Shown piece after piece: positions 28,581 through 38,542 of a stretch of 64,000 bases of DNA. Source of the stretch: an uncultured Acidobacteriaceae bacterium (GTDB taxonomy: Bacteria; Acidobacteriota; Terriglobia; Terriglobales; Acidobacteriaceae). The first letter of the stretch is position 1; each line of letters opens with the position of its first letter. The notes under the pieces were generated by a model. That model was not told where the DNA came from. It worked only from the letters and a program-made list of their open reading frames with translations, and searched no databases. The translations under genes and the position numbers were made by a program. Location of the stretch: NCBI GenBank assembly GCA_963730845.1, contig CAVSTM010000003.1:30713-94712 (forward strand), in the 5' to 3' direction.

Positions 28581-30727
28581 ATTCCGTCTACTACTTCGCG
28601 TCTTCTTCCTTGGCCAGCTTCATCTTGGCGGAATCGAGTTTCTTCTGCACTCGTACCGGATCTGTCGGGTCGACTTCGGCGGCAATGTTCGCGGTTCCAC
28701 TCGGTGAGCGCGCGCTCCCAGTTGGTGGCGGCCAGCTTCAGGCGTCCGGTTTTCTGGTACAGATCACCCAGGTGGTCGTGGACGGTAGGATCGGTATTGA
28801 TTTTCTGCGAAGCCTTCAGCAGGTTCTCTTCCGCCAATTCAAATTTTCCCAAGCGAAAGTAAGCCCAGCCGAGGGAATCAAGATAGGCGCCGTTGGTGGG
28901 ATCGAGATCCACGGCGCGCTTGATGTATCCGAGATGCTTCTTCGAGCTTCATGTTCTGGTCGGCCAGCATATAGCCCAGATAATTCAGCGCCGATGCATG
29001 TTCCGGGTCGCTGGCCAGCACCTTCTTGAACTGTTCTTCCGCTTCGGCGTAGCGCTTGTCGCGCTCAAAGTTCGAGCCGCGCAGAAACCAGACGTACTCC
29101 TTGTCTTCCGTCTTGGTCGATAGTTGCTCGGCCTTGTCGAGCGCCTGCTCGGCATCGCTGAACCGGCGCAGCCGCGTGTTCATTTGCGCTAGGGTGAGGT
29201 AAACTTCGCGGTCGTCGTTGCGGAGCTGGCGTCGCCCTTCAGCATCCCACGGACGTCTTTGAGCGCCTTGTCGGCCTCGCCCATGTCGGCCTCTTGCAGA
29301 GCCAGCACCATCTTGAGTTGGGGGCTGGGCAGCTTCTGCACCGCTTCTTTCGCGACGTCGAGAGCCTTCTGCCAGTCCTTGGCTTCCCGCCAGGTGTCGA
29401 TGATCTGCTGATAGCCGCGCTCGATGTTGTCATCGCCGCCCAGAGCGACGATCTCGCGGAAGGTCTCGTTGGCGGAGGCATTGTTTCCCTGGTCGCGGTA
29501 GATTGTGCCCAGCCGCTCGAGAAACACCGCCCGATTGCTCTTCTCACCGTTCGAGTATTTGCCGTCGGGCTTCTCCGATTTCTTCAGCAGGTCGCGCATG
29601 ATCGGAATGGCTTCGTCGTAACGACCCTGTGCCTGGTAGATGGCGGCAATGTTGTAGGGAACTTCGACCGAGTCCTGCACCATGGTCTCGGCTTTTTTCA
29701 GATTGTCGAGCGCGAGATCGAATTTGCCCTGTTTCCGGTAGATTTCCGCGATGCGAACATAGGTTTGCGCATCTTCCGGATTTGCGTCCGCGATCACTTT
29801 GTATTGTTCGAGAGCGGCATCCGCCTGACCATCGTTCAGCAGGTTCTGCGCGAGACCACGAATGGCGTCCAGGTTGTCGCGGTCCAGTTCGATGGCGTGC
29901 CGATAGGCTTCGACGGCTTCTTTGTATTGCTTTTGCTGCTCGTAGGTGTAACCGAGCGCCGAGTAGAGCTTGGCCGAGCGCTGCGCATTCGGCACCGAAC
30001 TGAGCACCAGGGTGGCGCGAGCGGTGTCGCCGAGTTCGTTATAGAGATAGGCCAGGGTGGTCACGGCCTCTTCGGAATCCGGTTGGAGCTTCACGGCGGT
30101 CTTGAATTCGTTCTCCGCTTTTTGTAGATCGTTGTTCAAGCGATAGAGGCGCCCGAGAAGCAGGTGATCATCCATGCTGTCGGGTTGCAGGCGGACGATC
30201 TGCTCATACTGCTCGATCGCCAGTTTCAGCACACTCTCTGAGCCGCTGCCGGCCTGCATGTCTCCGAGCGAGCGCAGATAGATCCTGCCGAGCAGACGGC
30301 GGGCTTCGAGATTATTGGGATTGCGCTTGATGATGTCCTGCGCCTCGACGACGGCGTCGCGAATACGGCCGGTCTTGGCATAGAGTTCGGCGAGGCCGGA
30401 GGTCAGGTACGCGGAAGTCGGGTCGGCGTCGATGGCGGCGCGATATTCCTCGATGGCCTTGTTGGCCAATTCGCTGCGGCCGTACGACGCCACTTGTTCC
30501 TCGTACATGTGCGCGAGGGCGAAGTGGTAGTAGGCGGCGGCGCGATCGGGTGTCTTGCCCTTAGCGGCGGATTGGGCGACAGCGGCGGCTGGGGAATCCG
30601 GGACGGCGGGAGCGGGCTGGTCTTTAGCCGGCAAGCCCTGAGCCAGTGAGCCTTGGGCCAGTAAATTCCCGGCCGACAAAAAAGAACCCGAGAGAATGAC
30701 ACAGACAATCCACAACTGTTTTTTCAT
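28581..30727 (-). pseudogene. large secreted TPR-repeat protein with three apparent frameshifts
   Basis: MKKQLWIVCVILSG signal, with TPR repeats throughout. Joins: ...MLKGDAS | RNDDREVYLTLAQMNTRLRRF (~29220), ...NMKLEEASR | YIKRAVDLDPTNGAYLDSLGW (~28928), ...LTEWNR | NIAAEVDPTDPVRVQKKLDSAKMKLAKEEDAK* (~28690). Confidence 0.7.
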
Positions 30728-30903
30728 GAAAAATCCTGCAACCTGCAAATTCCAGCCCACATGCTAGTTGGATGCTGATCCGCGGCAATCCGGATTTCCT
30801 TATTCTACCCTTGACCGGCCTTTTGGCGGGAAGAAAGCGCAGTATGGGACTGAAGCCGGAAGTACAGCGGCTTTGGAAGGCCAGTGTCAACAAAAATTAG
30901 GGA

Positions 30904-32455
30904 CTAATGCCGGAAATGCCGCACCCCGGTAAAGATCATGGCCAATCCGAGACGGTCGGCGGCTTCGATCACCTCCTGGTCGCGCACCGAGCCCCCGGGC
31001 TGAATGATGGCGGTGGCACCTGTTTTGGCGATTTCCTCGACGCCATCCGGGAAGGGGAAGAAGGCGTCCGAGGCGGCCACCGTGCCTTTCAGCGGCAACT
31101 GTGCCTTCATGGCGCCCAGCCTGCAGGAATCGACGCGGCTCATTTGCCCGGCACCGACCCCCACCGTTTGGCCGTCGCGGGCGTAGAGAATGGCGTTCGA
31201 CTTTACGTGCTTGCATACCTTCCACGCGAAGAGCAGCGCCCGTTTTTCTTCCGGCGTCGGCGGGCGCTTGGTCACAACCTTCAGATCGGCTTCGGTCAGC
31301 TGGTGGAGATCGGAATCCTGTACGAGCATGCCTCCAGAAATATTTTTCAGGACCCAGTTCTGCTGCCCCGCAGGAACCTCGACCAGCCGCAGATTCTTCT
31401 TTGCGGCAAACGCCGCTTTCGCGCCTTCGTCGAATGCGGGAGCGGCGATGACTTCGAGGAAGAGCTTGGCCATTTCGCTCGCGGCCGCGGCATCGACTGC
31501 GCGGTTCACTCCGATCACTCCACCAAATGCCGACACGGCATCGCATTCGAGCGCCCGCATATAAGCCTCGGCGAGCGTCTTCGCCGGTTGCGGTTCCGCA
31601 GGGATTTGTGTGTTTGATAATGGCGCAGACCGGCTCGTTAAATTCCTGCGCCAGATCCCAGGCGGCTTGCAGGTCGACAATGTTGTTATAGGAAAGCTCT
31701 TTGCCTTGTACCTGGCGCGCGTTCGCGACGCCCACGCCTGTGGCGTCCGCGTACATGGCGGCCTTCTGGTGAGGATTCTCTCCATAGCGCAGGTCGGCTA
31801 CCTTTTGAAACGCCAGTCGCAGATTTTTGGGAAAGCCTTGAGCGGAATGCATCTCGAAGTCGGAGCCCACTCGCTCCAGCGTCGAGGCGATGGCCGAGTC
31901 GTACGCTGCGGTCGTAGCAAACGCCTTCTGCGCCAGCCGCCACTTCGTCTCGCGAGACAACGCGCCGCCCGAGTAGCCCATCTCTTCGGCGATCGCGTCG
32001 TAATCGGCAGGCGAAGTCACGACTGCGACATCCTGAAAATTCTTCGCTGCTGAACGAATCATTGAAGGGCCGCCGATGTCGATGTTTTCAACCAGTTCGT
32101 TGAAATGCGCGCCCGGCTTGGCAGCCGTTTTTTCAAAGGCATACAGGTTGACGACCACCATGTCGATGGCCGCAATGCCATGCTCGGCGACCGCCGCGCG
32201 ATGGCTGCTATCTTCACGGCGATAGAGAATGCCTCCGTGAACCTTGGGATGTAGCGTCTTGACGCGCCCGTCCAGCATTTCAGGGAACCCGGTCAGTTCC
32301 GAAATGTCTTTGACGGGGATGCCGGACTCCCGCAACTGCTTGGCCGTGCCTCCGGTCGAAACCAGCTCCACGCCGAAAGCGACGAGTTTGTGGGCGAAAT
32401 CTACCAGTCCGGATTTGTCGGTAACGCTGAGAATGGCGCGCTGGATTTTAGACAT
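30904..32455 (-). pseudogene. purH: bifunctional AICAR transformylase/IMP cyclohydrolase PurH with one apparent frameshift
   Basis: MSKIQRAILSVTDKSGLVDFA...[11 protein letters not shown] | (K/E)[25 protein letters not shown]...FTGVRHFRH*. The break is at ~31580..31586. The Arg-rich tail of the 522-aa ORF is out-of-frame read-through. Confidence 0.85.
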
Positions 32456-32603
32456 GAGACCTCGGGAGCGGATGAGAATTAGAGAAGAGAGATTCTAGCA
32501 GGCGCGGACAACCGCCAGTGTCCAACCGCTAACAGCCCGTTTGCGCTATACACATAATTATGAGATTATTACACATCATATTAAACGTCGGAGATCTGAA
32601 AGA

Positions 32604-32807
32604 ATGCGGACGAATATCGATATTGACGACGGCTTGATGCGCGAAGCCCTACGGCACAGCGGCGTCCGCACCAAGAAGGCGGCGGTGGAAGCCGGTCTGC
32701 GCTTGCTGGTCGAAACATACGCTCAACAATCGATCCGGCGGCTCAAAGGCAAGGTGCGGTGGGAAGGCGATCTCAACGCGTCCCGCCGTGGACGGACGGC
32801 CGAGTAA
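32604..32807 (+). CDS. vapB: type II antitoxin VapB (DUF2191/Arc-like)
   Basis: Start at MRTNIDIDDGLMREAL behind GGAG. Short protein lying 19 nt upstream of a PIN gene. Confidence 0.8.
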   Translation: MRTNIDIDDGLMREALRHSGVRTKKAAVEAGLRLLVETYAQQSIRRLKGKVRWEGDLNASRRGRTAE

Positions 32808-32826
32808 CCGTATCGAGTAACTTCAA

Positions 32827-33228
32827 ATGGTCATCGTCGATACGACCGTGTGGATCGACTACCTGAGAGGCGCCTCCAACCAAGAAACGGCGTGGCTCGA
32901 CCGGGAGATGAAACGGCGCCGCCTGGGATTGACCGACGTGATCTTGTGCGAAGTGTTGCGGGGGGTGCGCGATCCACGCACGTTCCTCCAAGTTCACGAC
33001 GAGCTTTTGCGGTTCCACGTGTTCCCAACTGGAGGCGTTGAACTGGCAACCGAAGCCGCCGGGAACTATCGAGTGCTGCGTGCGGAGGGTCATACCGTCC
33101 GCAAAACAATCGATTGTTGGATTGCTACGTTCTGCCTGATGTCGGGTCACGAACTTCTACATCGCGACCGCGATTTCGACCCGTTCGAGAAGCGACTGGG
33201 ATTGAGGGTAGTACATGCCAAGGGCTGA
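32827..33228 (+). CDS. vapC: type II toxin VapC (PIN-domain ribonuclease)
   Basis: MVIVDTTVWIDYL... and ...LLHRDRDFD carry the PIN acidic residues (D5, E42-like, D). Confidence 0.85.
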   Translation: MVIVDTTVWIDYLRGASNQETAWLDREMKRRRLGLTDVILCEVLRGVRDPRTFLQVHDELLRFHVFPTGGVELATEAAGNYRVLRAEGHTVRKTIDCWIATFCLMSGHELLHRDRDFDPFEKRLGLRVVHAKG

Positions 33229-33378
33229 GCTCAGCTGCCGGCGGCCACAACAACCCTGGATTCGCTTTGGCTGACCCCGAGTCGTCACTTTTGGGCGATG
33301 CGCGGAACCGTCGATTCGATCTGCGGAATGCGTCGCACTAGCCTCACAATTGCGCTCCCCGGTACTGGCAACTAGGTA

Positions 33379-34026
33379 CTAGGTCTTCGCCTTGGCCTTG
33401 AGCTTCACTTGTCCACCCTGCGTCTCGACCGAGTAGACCACCGTATCGCAGCCGTGCTGCTTGCGAAGCTCGCTAGTTTTTTTCTGGACGAACGCCGCGA
33501 AAGAGTCGAGGTTGCCGGAAACTTTTTCTCCCGACTTTTGCTTGGCCTCGGTCAGTGCCTTGTAGAGGGATTCGACTTGCTGGCGCTCGGTAGCCGCGCC
33601 GGAGCACTGTATCGAAAAAGGCTGATCACTCCTTGGATCACCGCCCAGCGTCCCGGCGCCCGCGTTTTGTGCGTGGTGACTGAGGCCATAGGCCTGATGA
33701 TGTTTGGTTTCGCGTTCTTCGCTGACGCGCACGCCCTGCACCGAGAGCAGTGCATCCTGCGGCCGGCGGTAACCCTCTTCGCGAATCCGCATCTTCTTGC
33801 GCCACAGGTCGCTTTGAACCGCGTAGCGCTGTGCCATCTCGTTGTACCTATAGCGCTGCGTAAAACTCATCCGCGGGTTGTCGCTGAACTTGCGAATTAA
33901 CGAGAGAACCTTCCATTCCACGTCGGCGGGAGGCCGTTTGGCCGGATTATTGAAGAAAATCTCGTACTCGATCTTCAGCCGACGGAGTTGCTGATCGAGG
34001 AGATTCAATTCTTCATCAATGGTCAC
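33379..34026 (-). CDS. conserved hypothetical protein (N-terminal coiled coil; no confident family call)
   Basis: Clean 215-aa ORF with protein-like composition (MTIDEELNLLDQQLRRLKIEYEIFF...). Confidence 0.55.
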   Translation of the reverse strand: MTIDEELNLLDQQLRRLKIEYEIFFNNPAKRPPADVEWKVLSLIRKFSDNPRMSFTQRYRYNEMAQRYAVQSDLWRKKMRIREEGYRRPQDALLSVQGVRVSEERETKHHQAYGLSHHAQNAGAGTLGGDPRSDQPFSIQCSGAATERQQVESLYKALTEAKQKSGEKVSGNLDSFAAFVQKKTSELRKQHGCDTVVYSVETQGGQVKLKAKAKT

Positions 34027-34129
34027 AAGGATCCCCAGTCAACAGCTTAGCGTTCCAGGCTGGGGGTTGGCGAGGTTCCCGCCGGACACGATGGAGATGG
34101 TACCAAAGTACCCAGATAAGGATCCTCCT

Positions 34130-34207
34130 GTAGAGACCGGGCTTGCCCCGTCTCCTTGGACCCCACGAGAAGCTCGCGGCAGGAGACGCGGCAAGGCGCG
34201 CCTCCAC
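34130..34207. repeat. family A double-hairpin element
   Basis: GTAGAGACCGGGCTTGCCCCGTCTCC ... GGAGACGCGGCAAGGCGCGCCTCCAC. Confidence 0.8.
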
Positions 34208-34220
34208 GGGAAATTGAGCA

Positions 34221-34565
34221 TTATTTCGAGCTGCTTGCCATCTTCTTCACCATGGCCAGCACCAGCTTCCGGTCGCTGTCGTTCAGATTGGCCGAATAGC
34301 GGCGCATCTGGCTCAGGAAGCGGACTTCATCGTCGGAGAGCTGCGGCAAACCCTTATGGCCGTTGCTGCTGCCTTCGGCAAAGAATTGCGACAAGGCCAA
34401 ATCCATCGCCCCAGCGATCTTGGCGAGCGTGTCCAGCGAAGGGATGGTGTGGCCGTTTTCGACGCGCGACAGGTAGCAGCGCAACAGGCCAGTGCGCTTT
34501 TCGATGTCGCCCTGTGACATGCTTCGCTGGAGCCGGAAATTGCGGATGGTCTCGCCGATGTTCAT
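34221..34565 (-). CDS. XRE-family helix-turn-helix transcriptional regulator
   Basis: IRNFRLQRSMSQGDIEKRTGLLRCYLSRVENGHTIPSLDTLAKIAGAMD is a canonical Cro/C1 HTH. Confidence 0.85.
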   Translation of the reverse strand: MNIGETIRNFRLQRSMSQGDIEKRTGLLRCYLSRVENGHTIPSLDTLAKIAGAMDLALSQFFAEGSSNGHKGLPQLSDDEVRFLSQMRRYSANLNDSDRKLVLAMVKKMASSSK

Positions 34566-34927
34566 AGATACGCGACTAACTCAATCCCAGGAATCAATAC
34601 GAAGATGAAGATAAAGATGCGTGCATAGTAACCAGAGTAGTACCTTCTGGCAAGTGGAAATTCCTAGTGTCCTCGCGGCAACTGTTCCGAGCGAAGTTCG
34701 TGGGAACGGCGCGGTAACGCTTTCGGCGGGGGCACGGCTTTCAGAGCCTGATCTGAGCGTAGCCGAAGGGTGCCACTAAAAGCTGCAAAATGAGGGCTTC
34801 TGGCACTAAGTGCAACACTCTCATGATCGCACAAACGATAGTCGCACAGATATTTGTGCCCGGCATCAGGAAATCCACCAAACCGAGACCTGAGAGCTTA
34901 CACCTTGTAAGACCTGAAACCTGCTTT

Positions 34928-36346
34928 TTATGGCGTCCCTTCAAACAGCGGCCAGAGACCGTCGGCGGTGACACGGTAGATGGAGTAGGCGCTGCCATCA
35001 TCAAAAGTGCGCCGGAACAGCAATTCGCCGCGGCCATCGCCGTCGGCATCGACCGCATCAATCAGTTCCATGCGCGGAGCTACGTCGAGATGTCGCGAAT
35101 CGGTCTGCGAGAAAAACAGCTTTTGCAACTCGCCTTCGAGATTGGTGCGGGCGATCAGCGTGATCTCTTTTGGTTCTTCGACGCTTCCCGTCGCGCTCGC
35201 TGTCGGCGGTTGCGTTTTCGCCGAGAGCACCAGCACCGGCTCGTTTGAATTGGAGAGGTCAAAAATGCGCAAGTTCACGTCGTCGAATGCAGGTTTCGGC
35301 AACTTGGCCGCGGATTTTCCAGCTGATTTGCTCGCGGTTGCTGTCTTGCTCGGGGGTGCCCCGGCTTTTGCCGCCGCACCGGCTGGAACGCCGAGCTGAG
35401 TCGCGGCCAGATCAAGCATTTTGTCGCGATAGACGTCTCCTTCCTTGGGTTTCAGATCGTAGGTGTAGGGACGCGGATCGGGGCCGCCAGCATCGGAAAT
35501 TGCCGGGATTGTGACGATCTGCGGCGAAGGCGCGGCCGAATCTTTTGCCGTCTTCGCATCGGACTTCCCGGCTCCTGCCGAAGCCGCGGGCGGTAACGCG
35601 TCGAACGTCGCGAACGCTTCGCTGTGGGCGGTTGGGTCCGGCTTTCCGCGCCGCAGACGAGGTCGATTCGGATCGCCGGGTGGCTCGTCATCCTGCTGCG
35701 CAGAAGCAGACGCCGGAGATTTCGCGGTCTCCGCTGGCACCGGTGCATGGGTAGCGGGTGGCTTGTCAGTGACAGACGGCGTCGGCGTACTGGCGGGCGG
35801 ACTAGCGGTAGGCGACGACGGGGCGGCGGCGGGCTTTTGCTGGCCTTTGTCCTTGCTGTCGGACCCGGTATCGGCATCGGACTTTTCGCTGCGGCGGTGG
35901 AGTACGGGTGGCCCGTTCTTGTCGTCGTCTACGATCACGGGTGTCGAATATTTCTTGCGCTTATTCGGGTCAATCGCTCCTGCAGGAAGCCACTTGCCTT
36001 CGGCGATCCAGACGTGGTTCAGTTGCCCAGGTTGCGTAATGGTGAAGACTCCTTGGGAGACGCCGCTACGAAAGCCTTCGTAGATAATTCCGAAATCGAG
36101 AGCCATGGGAACAGGCGCCGCCTTATAGGAGCCTGCGTCGTAAAACTTTCCGTCGATCATGATGGCAATGGGAATGAAGCGGGCTTTGCCTTTTGGTGAA
36201 AGCTGGACGAGCCCCAGCGCACGCGGTCCCTTGTTGGCCGCCGGTTTGTGTCCGTACTGCGTCGTCAGGCCCTGAGCTGCGGCCCGTGAACTAGTGACCC
36301 CGGAACTGGCGAGCCAGGTCGAAGCGGCCAAGATGACGGCGAACAT
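34928..36346 (-). CDS. secreted hypothetical protein with long Pro/Ala/Ser-rich linker
   Basis: Start chosen at MFAVILAASTWLASSG (signal-like), because the longer ORF would overlap bcp. The central stretch is low-complexity; the C-terminus has DADGDGRGELLF. Confidence 0.55.
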   Translation of the reverse strand: MFAVILAASTWLASSGVTSSRAAAQGLTTQYGHKPAANKGPRALGLVQLSPKGKARFIPIAIMIDGKFYDAGSYKAAPVPMALDFGIIYEGFRSGVSQGVFTITQPGQLNHVWIAEGKWLPAGAIDPNKRKKYSTPVIVDDDKNGPPVLHRRSEKSDADTGSDSKDKGQQKPAAAPSSPTASPPASTPTPSVTDKPPATHAPVPAETAKSPASASAQQDDEPPGDPNRPRLRRGKPDPTAHSEAFATFDALPPAASAGAGKSDAKTAKDSAAPSPQIVTIPAISDAGGPDPRPYTYDLKPKEGDVYRDKMLDLAATQLGVPAGAAAKAGAPPSKTATASKSAGKSAAKLPKPAFDDVNLRIFDLSNSNEPVLVLSAKTQPPTASATGSVEEPKEITLIARTNLEGELQKLFFSQTDSRHLDVAPRMELIDAVDADGDGRGELLFRRTFDDGSAYSIYRVTADGLWPLFEGTP

Positions 36347-36401
36347 CACGTTGCGATATAACTTGCGATGTAACCACGACCGGCGAGGAGGAGAAAATCC
36401 C

Positions 36402-36863
36402 ATGGAAGTTAATGATAAATCCCCAGACTTCAGTACGACGGACGAAAACGGCAAGGAGGTTGCCTTAAACGACTTTCGCGGCAAGACCGTGGTGCTTTAT
36501 TTCTATCCCAAGGCCGACACGCCTGGGTGCACCAAGGAGGCGTGCGGATTCCGCGATTCCTACTCGGAAATCAAGAAGACAGGCGTGGTGCTGCTCGGGA
36601 TTTCGGCGGACACGGCGGCGGCGCAGAAAAAGTTTCAGGGCAAGTTCAGTCTGCCTTTTCCGTTGCTGGCCGATGCGGAGAAGAGGATTGCGAACCTGTT
36701 CGGCGTGGTTAAAGAGAAGAACATGTACGGCAAGAAAGTGAAGGGTATCGCGCGCACAACTTTCGTGATTGGCCCCGACGGCAAGATCAAACACGTCTTC
36801 AATAACGTGAAGGCCGAAGGGCACGCGGATGAAGTGCTGGCGTATTTGAAGGGTGCGGCGTGA
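36402..36863 (+). CDS. bcp: thioredoxin-dependent peroxiredoxin Bcp
   Basis: GGAGGAG SD. ...GKTVVLYFYPKADTPGCTKEACGFRD (peroxidatic Cys motif). Confidence 0.9.
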   Translation: MEVNDKSPDFSTTDENGKEVALNDFRGKTVVLYFYPKADTPGCTKEACGFRDSYSEIKKTGVVLLGISADTAAAQKKFQGKFSLPFPLLADAEKRIANLFGVVKEKNMYGKKVKGIARTTFVIGPDGKIKHVFNNVKAEGHADEVLAYLKGAA

Positions 36864-36982
36864 GAGAGTGGTGGGAATAGAGCGCCCTGCGGCAGTGTGA
36901 ATCGTGTAGGGATCTTTCGACTTCCAGGCTGCTGCGCTTCGCACAGCTGCCACTCCGCTCAGGATGACAGGGGTTTCAGTTT

Positions 36983-37690
36983 GTGGCTTTACTGAAGGCA
37001 GAGTTCTTCAATCGCGACCCGCGTCGGGTGGCGCGGGCATTGCTAGGGAAATTGTTGGTCCGGAAAACGCCTCGCGGAATTCTGGCGGGACGAATTGTCG
37101 AAACCGAAGCCTATCTTGGCCAAGGCGATGCGGCGGCGCACGCGGCGGCGGGCCGGACGGCGCGAAATTTCGTTCTGTTTGGACCTCCCGGTCACGCCTA
37201 CGTGTACTTCATCTATGGCAATCACTACTGCCTGAATGTTTCCTGTTTGCCCGACGGAATGCCCGGAGGCGTGCTGTTTCGCGCCCTGGAGCCGGTGGCT
37301 GGCATCGAGTCGATGGCGAAGGCGCGAGGCGTCGACGTAGCGAAGAAAATTGATCTCAAGAACATTTCGTGGCTGAGGAAGATTTCGTCCGGCCCGGGTC
37401 GCATGTCCGAAGCTCTGGGAATCACCCGCGAGCGGGATAACGGCAAAAACATGGTAAGCGTGCGCTCTGATCTACGGATTGCCGATGACGGCTATCGCGT
37501 CCGAGGAGTAATGGTCACGCCGCGAATTGGGATCGTGAAGTCAGCCGAGCAACCGTTGCGCTTTCTTATCGCGGGAAATCCATTCGTCTCCGGGCGGAGG
37601 TCTGTAGCAGCTTCGATGTCGGGCCAGCAACAAAGAGAAACTACAACCGCAACGGGGCCCGAGATGCGGCGGTTGATTTGCGATGAATGA
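36983..37690 (+). CDS. mpg: DNA-3-methyladenine glycosylase (Mpg/AAG family)
   Basis: GTG start. FFNRDPRRVARALLGKLLV...GRIVETEAYLG..DAAAHA...GHAYVYFIYGNHYCLNV. Confidence 0.85.
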   Translation: MALLKAEFFNRDPRRVARALLGKLLVRKTPRGILAGRIVETEAYLGQGDAAAHAAAGRTARNFVLFGPPGHAYVYFIYGNHYCLNVSCLPDGMPGGVLFRALEPVAGIESMAKARGVDVAKKIDLKNISWLRKISSGPGRMSEALGITRERDNGKNMVSVRSDLRIADDGYRVRGVMVTPRIGIVKSAEQPLRFLIAGNPFVSGRRSVAASMSGQQQRETTTATGPEMRRLICDE

Positions 37691-38366
37691 TCGTAAGCCA
37701 AACTCGACGAAGGTTCTCTTGTCGTGGAGCAGCGGTAAAGACAGCGCCTGGACGCTGCACCTCCTGCGGCAGCGGCCGGATATCGAGGTCGTTGCGCTGC
37801 TCACCACCTTTAACTCTGTAGCGGACCGCGTGGCGATGCATGCCGTCCGGCGTGCGCTGGTGGAAGCGCAGGCCGAGCGAACCGGGATCCCGCTGTGGGC
37901 AGCGGAACTACCCTACCCCTGCTCGAACCTGGAATACGAAGAGCGGATTCGCGTCGTGTGCCAGCGTGCGACGGCTGAGGGAATCGCCGCGATCGCTTTC
38001 GGAGACCTGTTTCTGCAGGAGATCCGTGACTATCGAGTGCGGCAATTGCAGGGGAGCGGCCTCGAACCGCTGTTTCCGGTCTGGCAAATTCCGACCGGAC
38101 AACTGGGTAGGGATATGATCGCCGCGGGCGTGAAAGCAAGGATTACCTGCGTGGACCCCTCGAAGCTCGCAAAGTCGTTTGCCGGCCACGAGTACGATCT
38201 GCGCTTGCTGCGGGCTCTGCCTCCTGGAAGCGACCCGTGCGGCGAGAACGGGGAATTTCACACGTTCGTGTATGAGTCGCCGGTGTTCTCTCGCCCCATC
38301 GGAGTGCGGACAGGAGAAGTTGTCGAGCGCGATGGATTTGTGTTTGCCGACTTGCTTCCGGAATGA
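37683..38366 (+). CDS. Dph6/MJ0570-related ATP pyrophosphatase (adenine nucleotide alpha-hydrolase) domain protein
   Basis: LLSWSSGKDSAW PP-loop-like motif, ...GEFHTFVY. Overlaps mpg by 8 nt (ATGAATGA). Confidence 0.65.
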   Translation: MNDRKPNSTKVLLSWSSGKDSAWTLHLLRQRPDIEVVALLTTFNSVADRVAMHAVRRALVEAQAERTGIPLWAAELPYPCSNLEYEERIRVVCQRATAEGIAAIAFGDLFLQEIRDYRVRQLQGSGLEPLFPVWQIPTGQLGRDMIAAGVKARITCVDPSKLAKSFAGHEYDLRLLRALPPGSDPCGENGEFHTFVYESPVFSRPIGVRTGEVVERDGFVFADLLPE

Positions 38367-38542
38367 CTTCCCTCCGCCTCCTTAGAAACTTGATGGAGGG
38401 AAAGGGGTTAGAGTCACAGCGGAGCGCAAGCGCTTAGCCTTCACCTTAGACACTTGCCGCCAGTCTCTCCCCCGAGCGACGACCCGGACAGGGGCGTCAG
38501 GCGCTAGGAAGCAACTACGGTTGTAAGCGGGCGTTGCGCCAA

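Noticed and set aside
30887-31580. C-terminal ~220 aa of the 522-aa purH ORF
   Set aside because: It is an out-of-frame, Arg-rich continuation after the frameshift. The genuine PurH C-terminus is in ORF 30904..31785.
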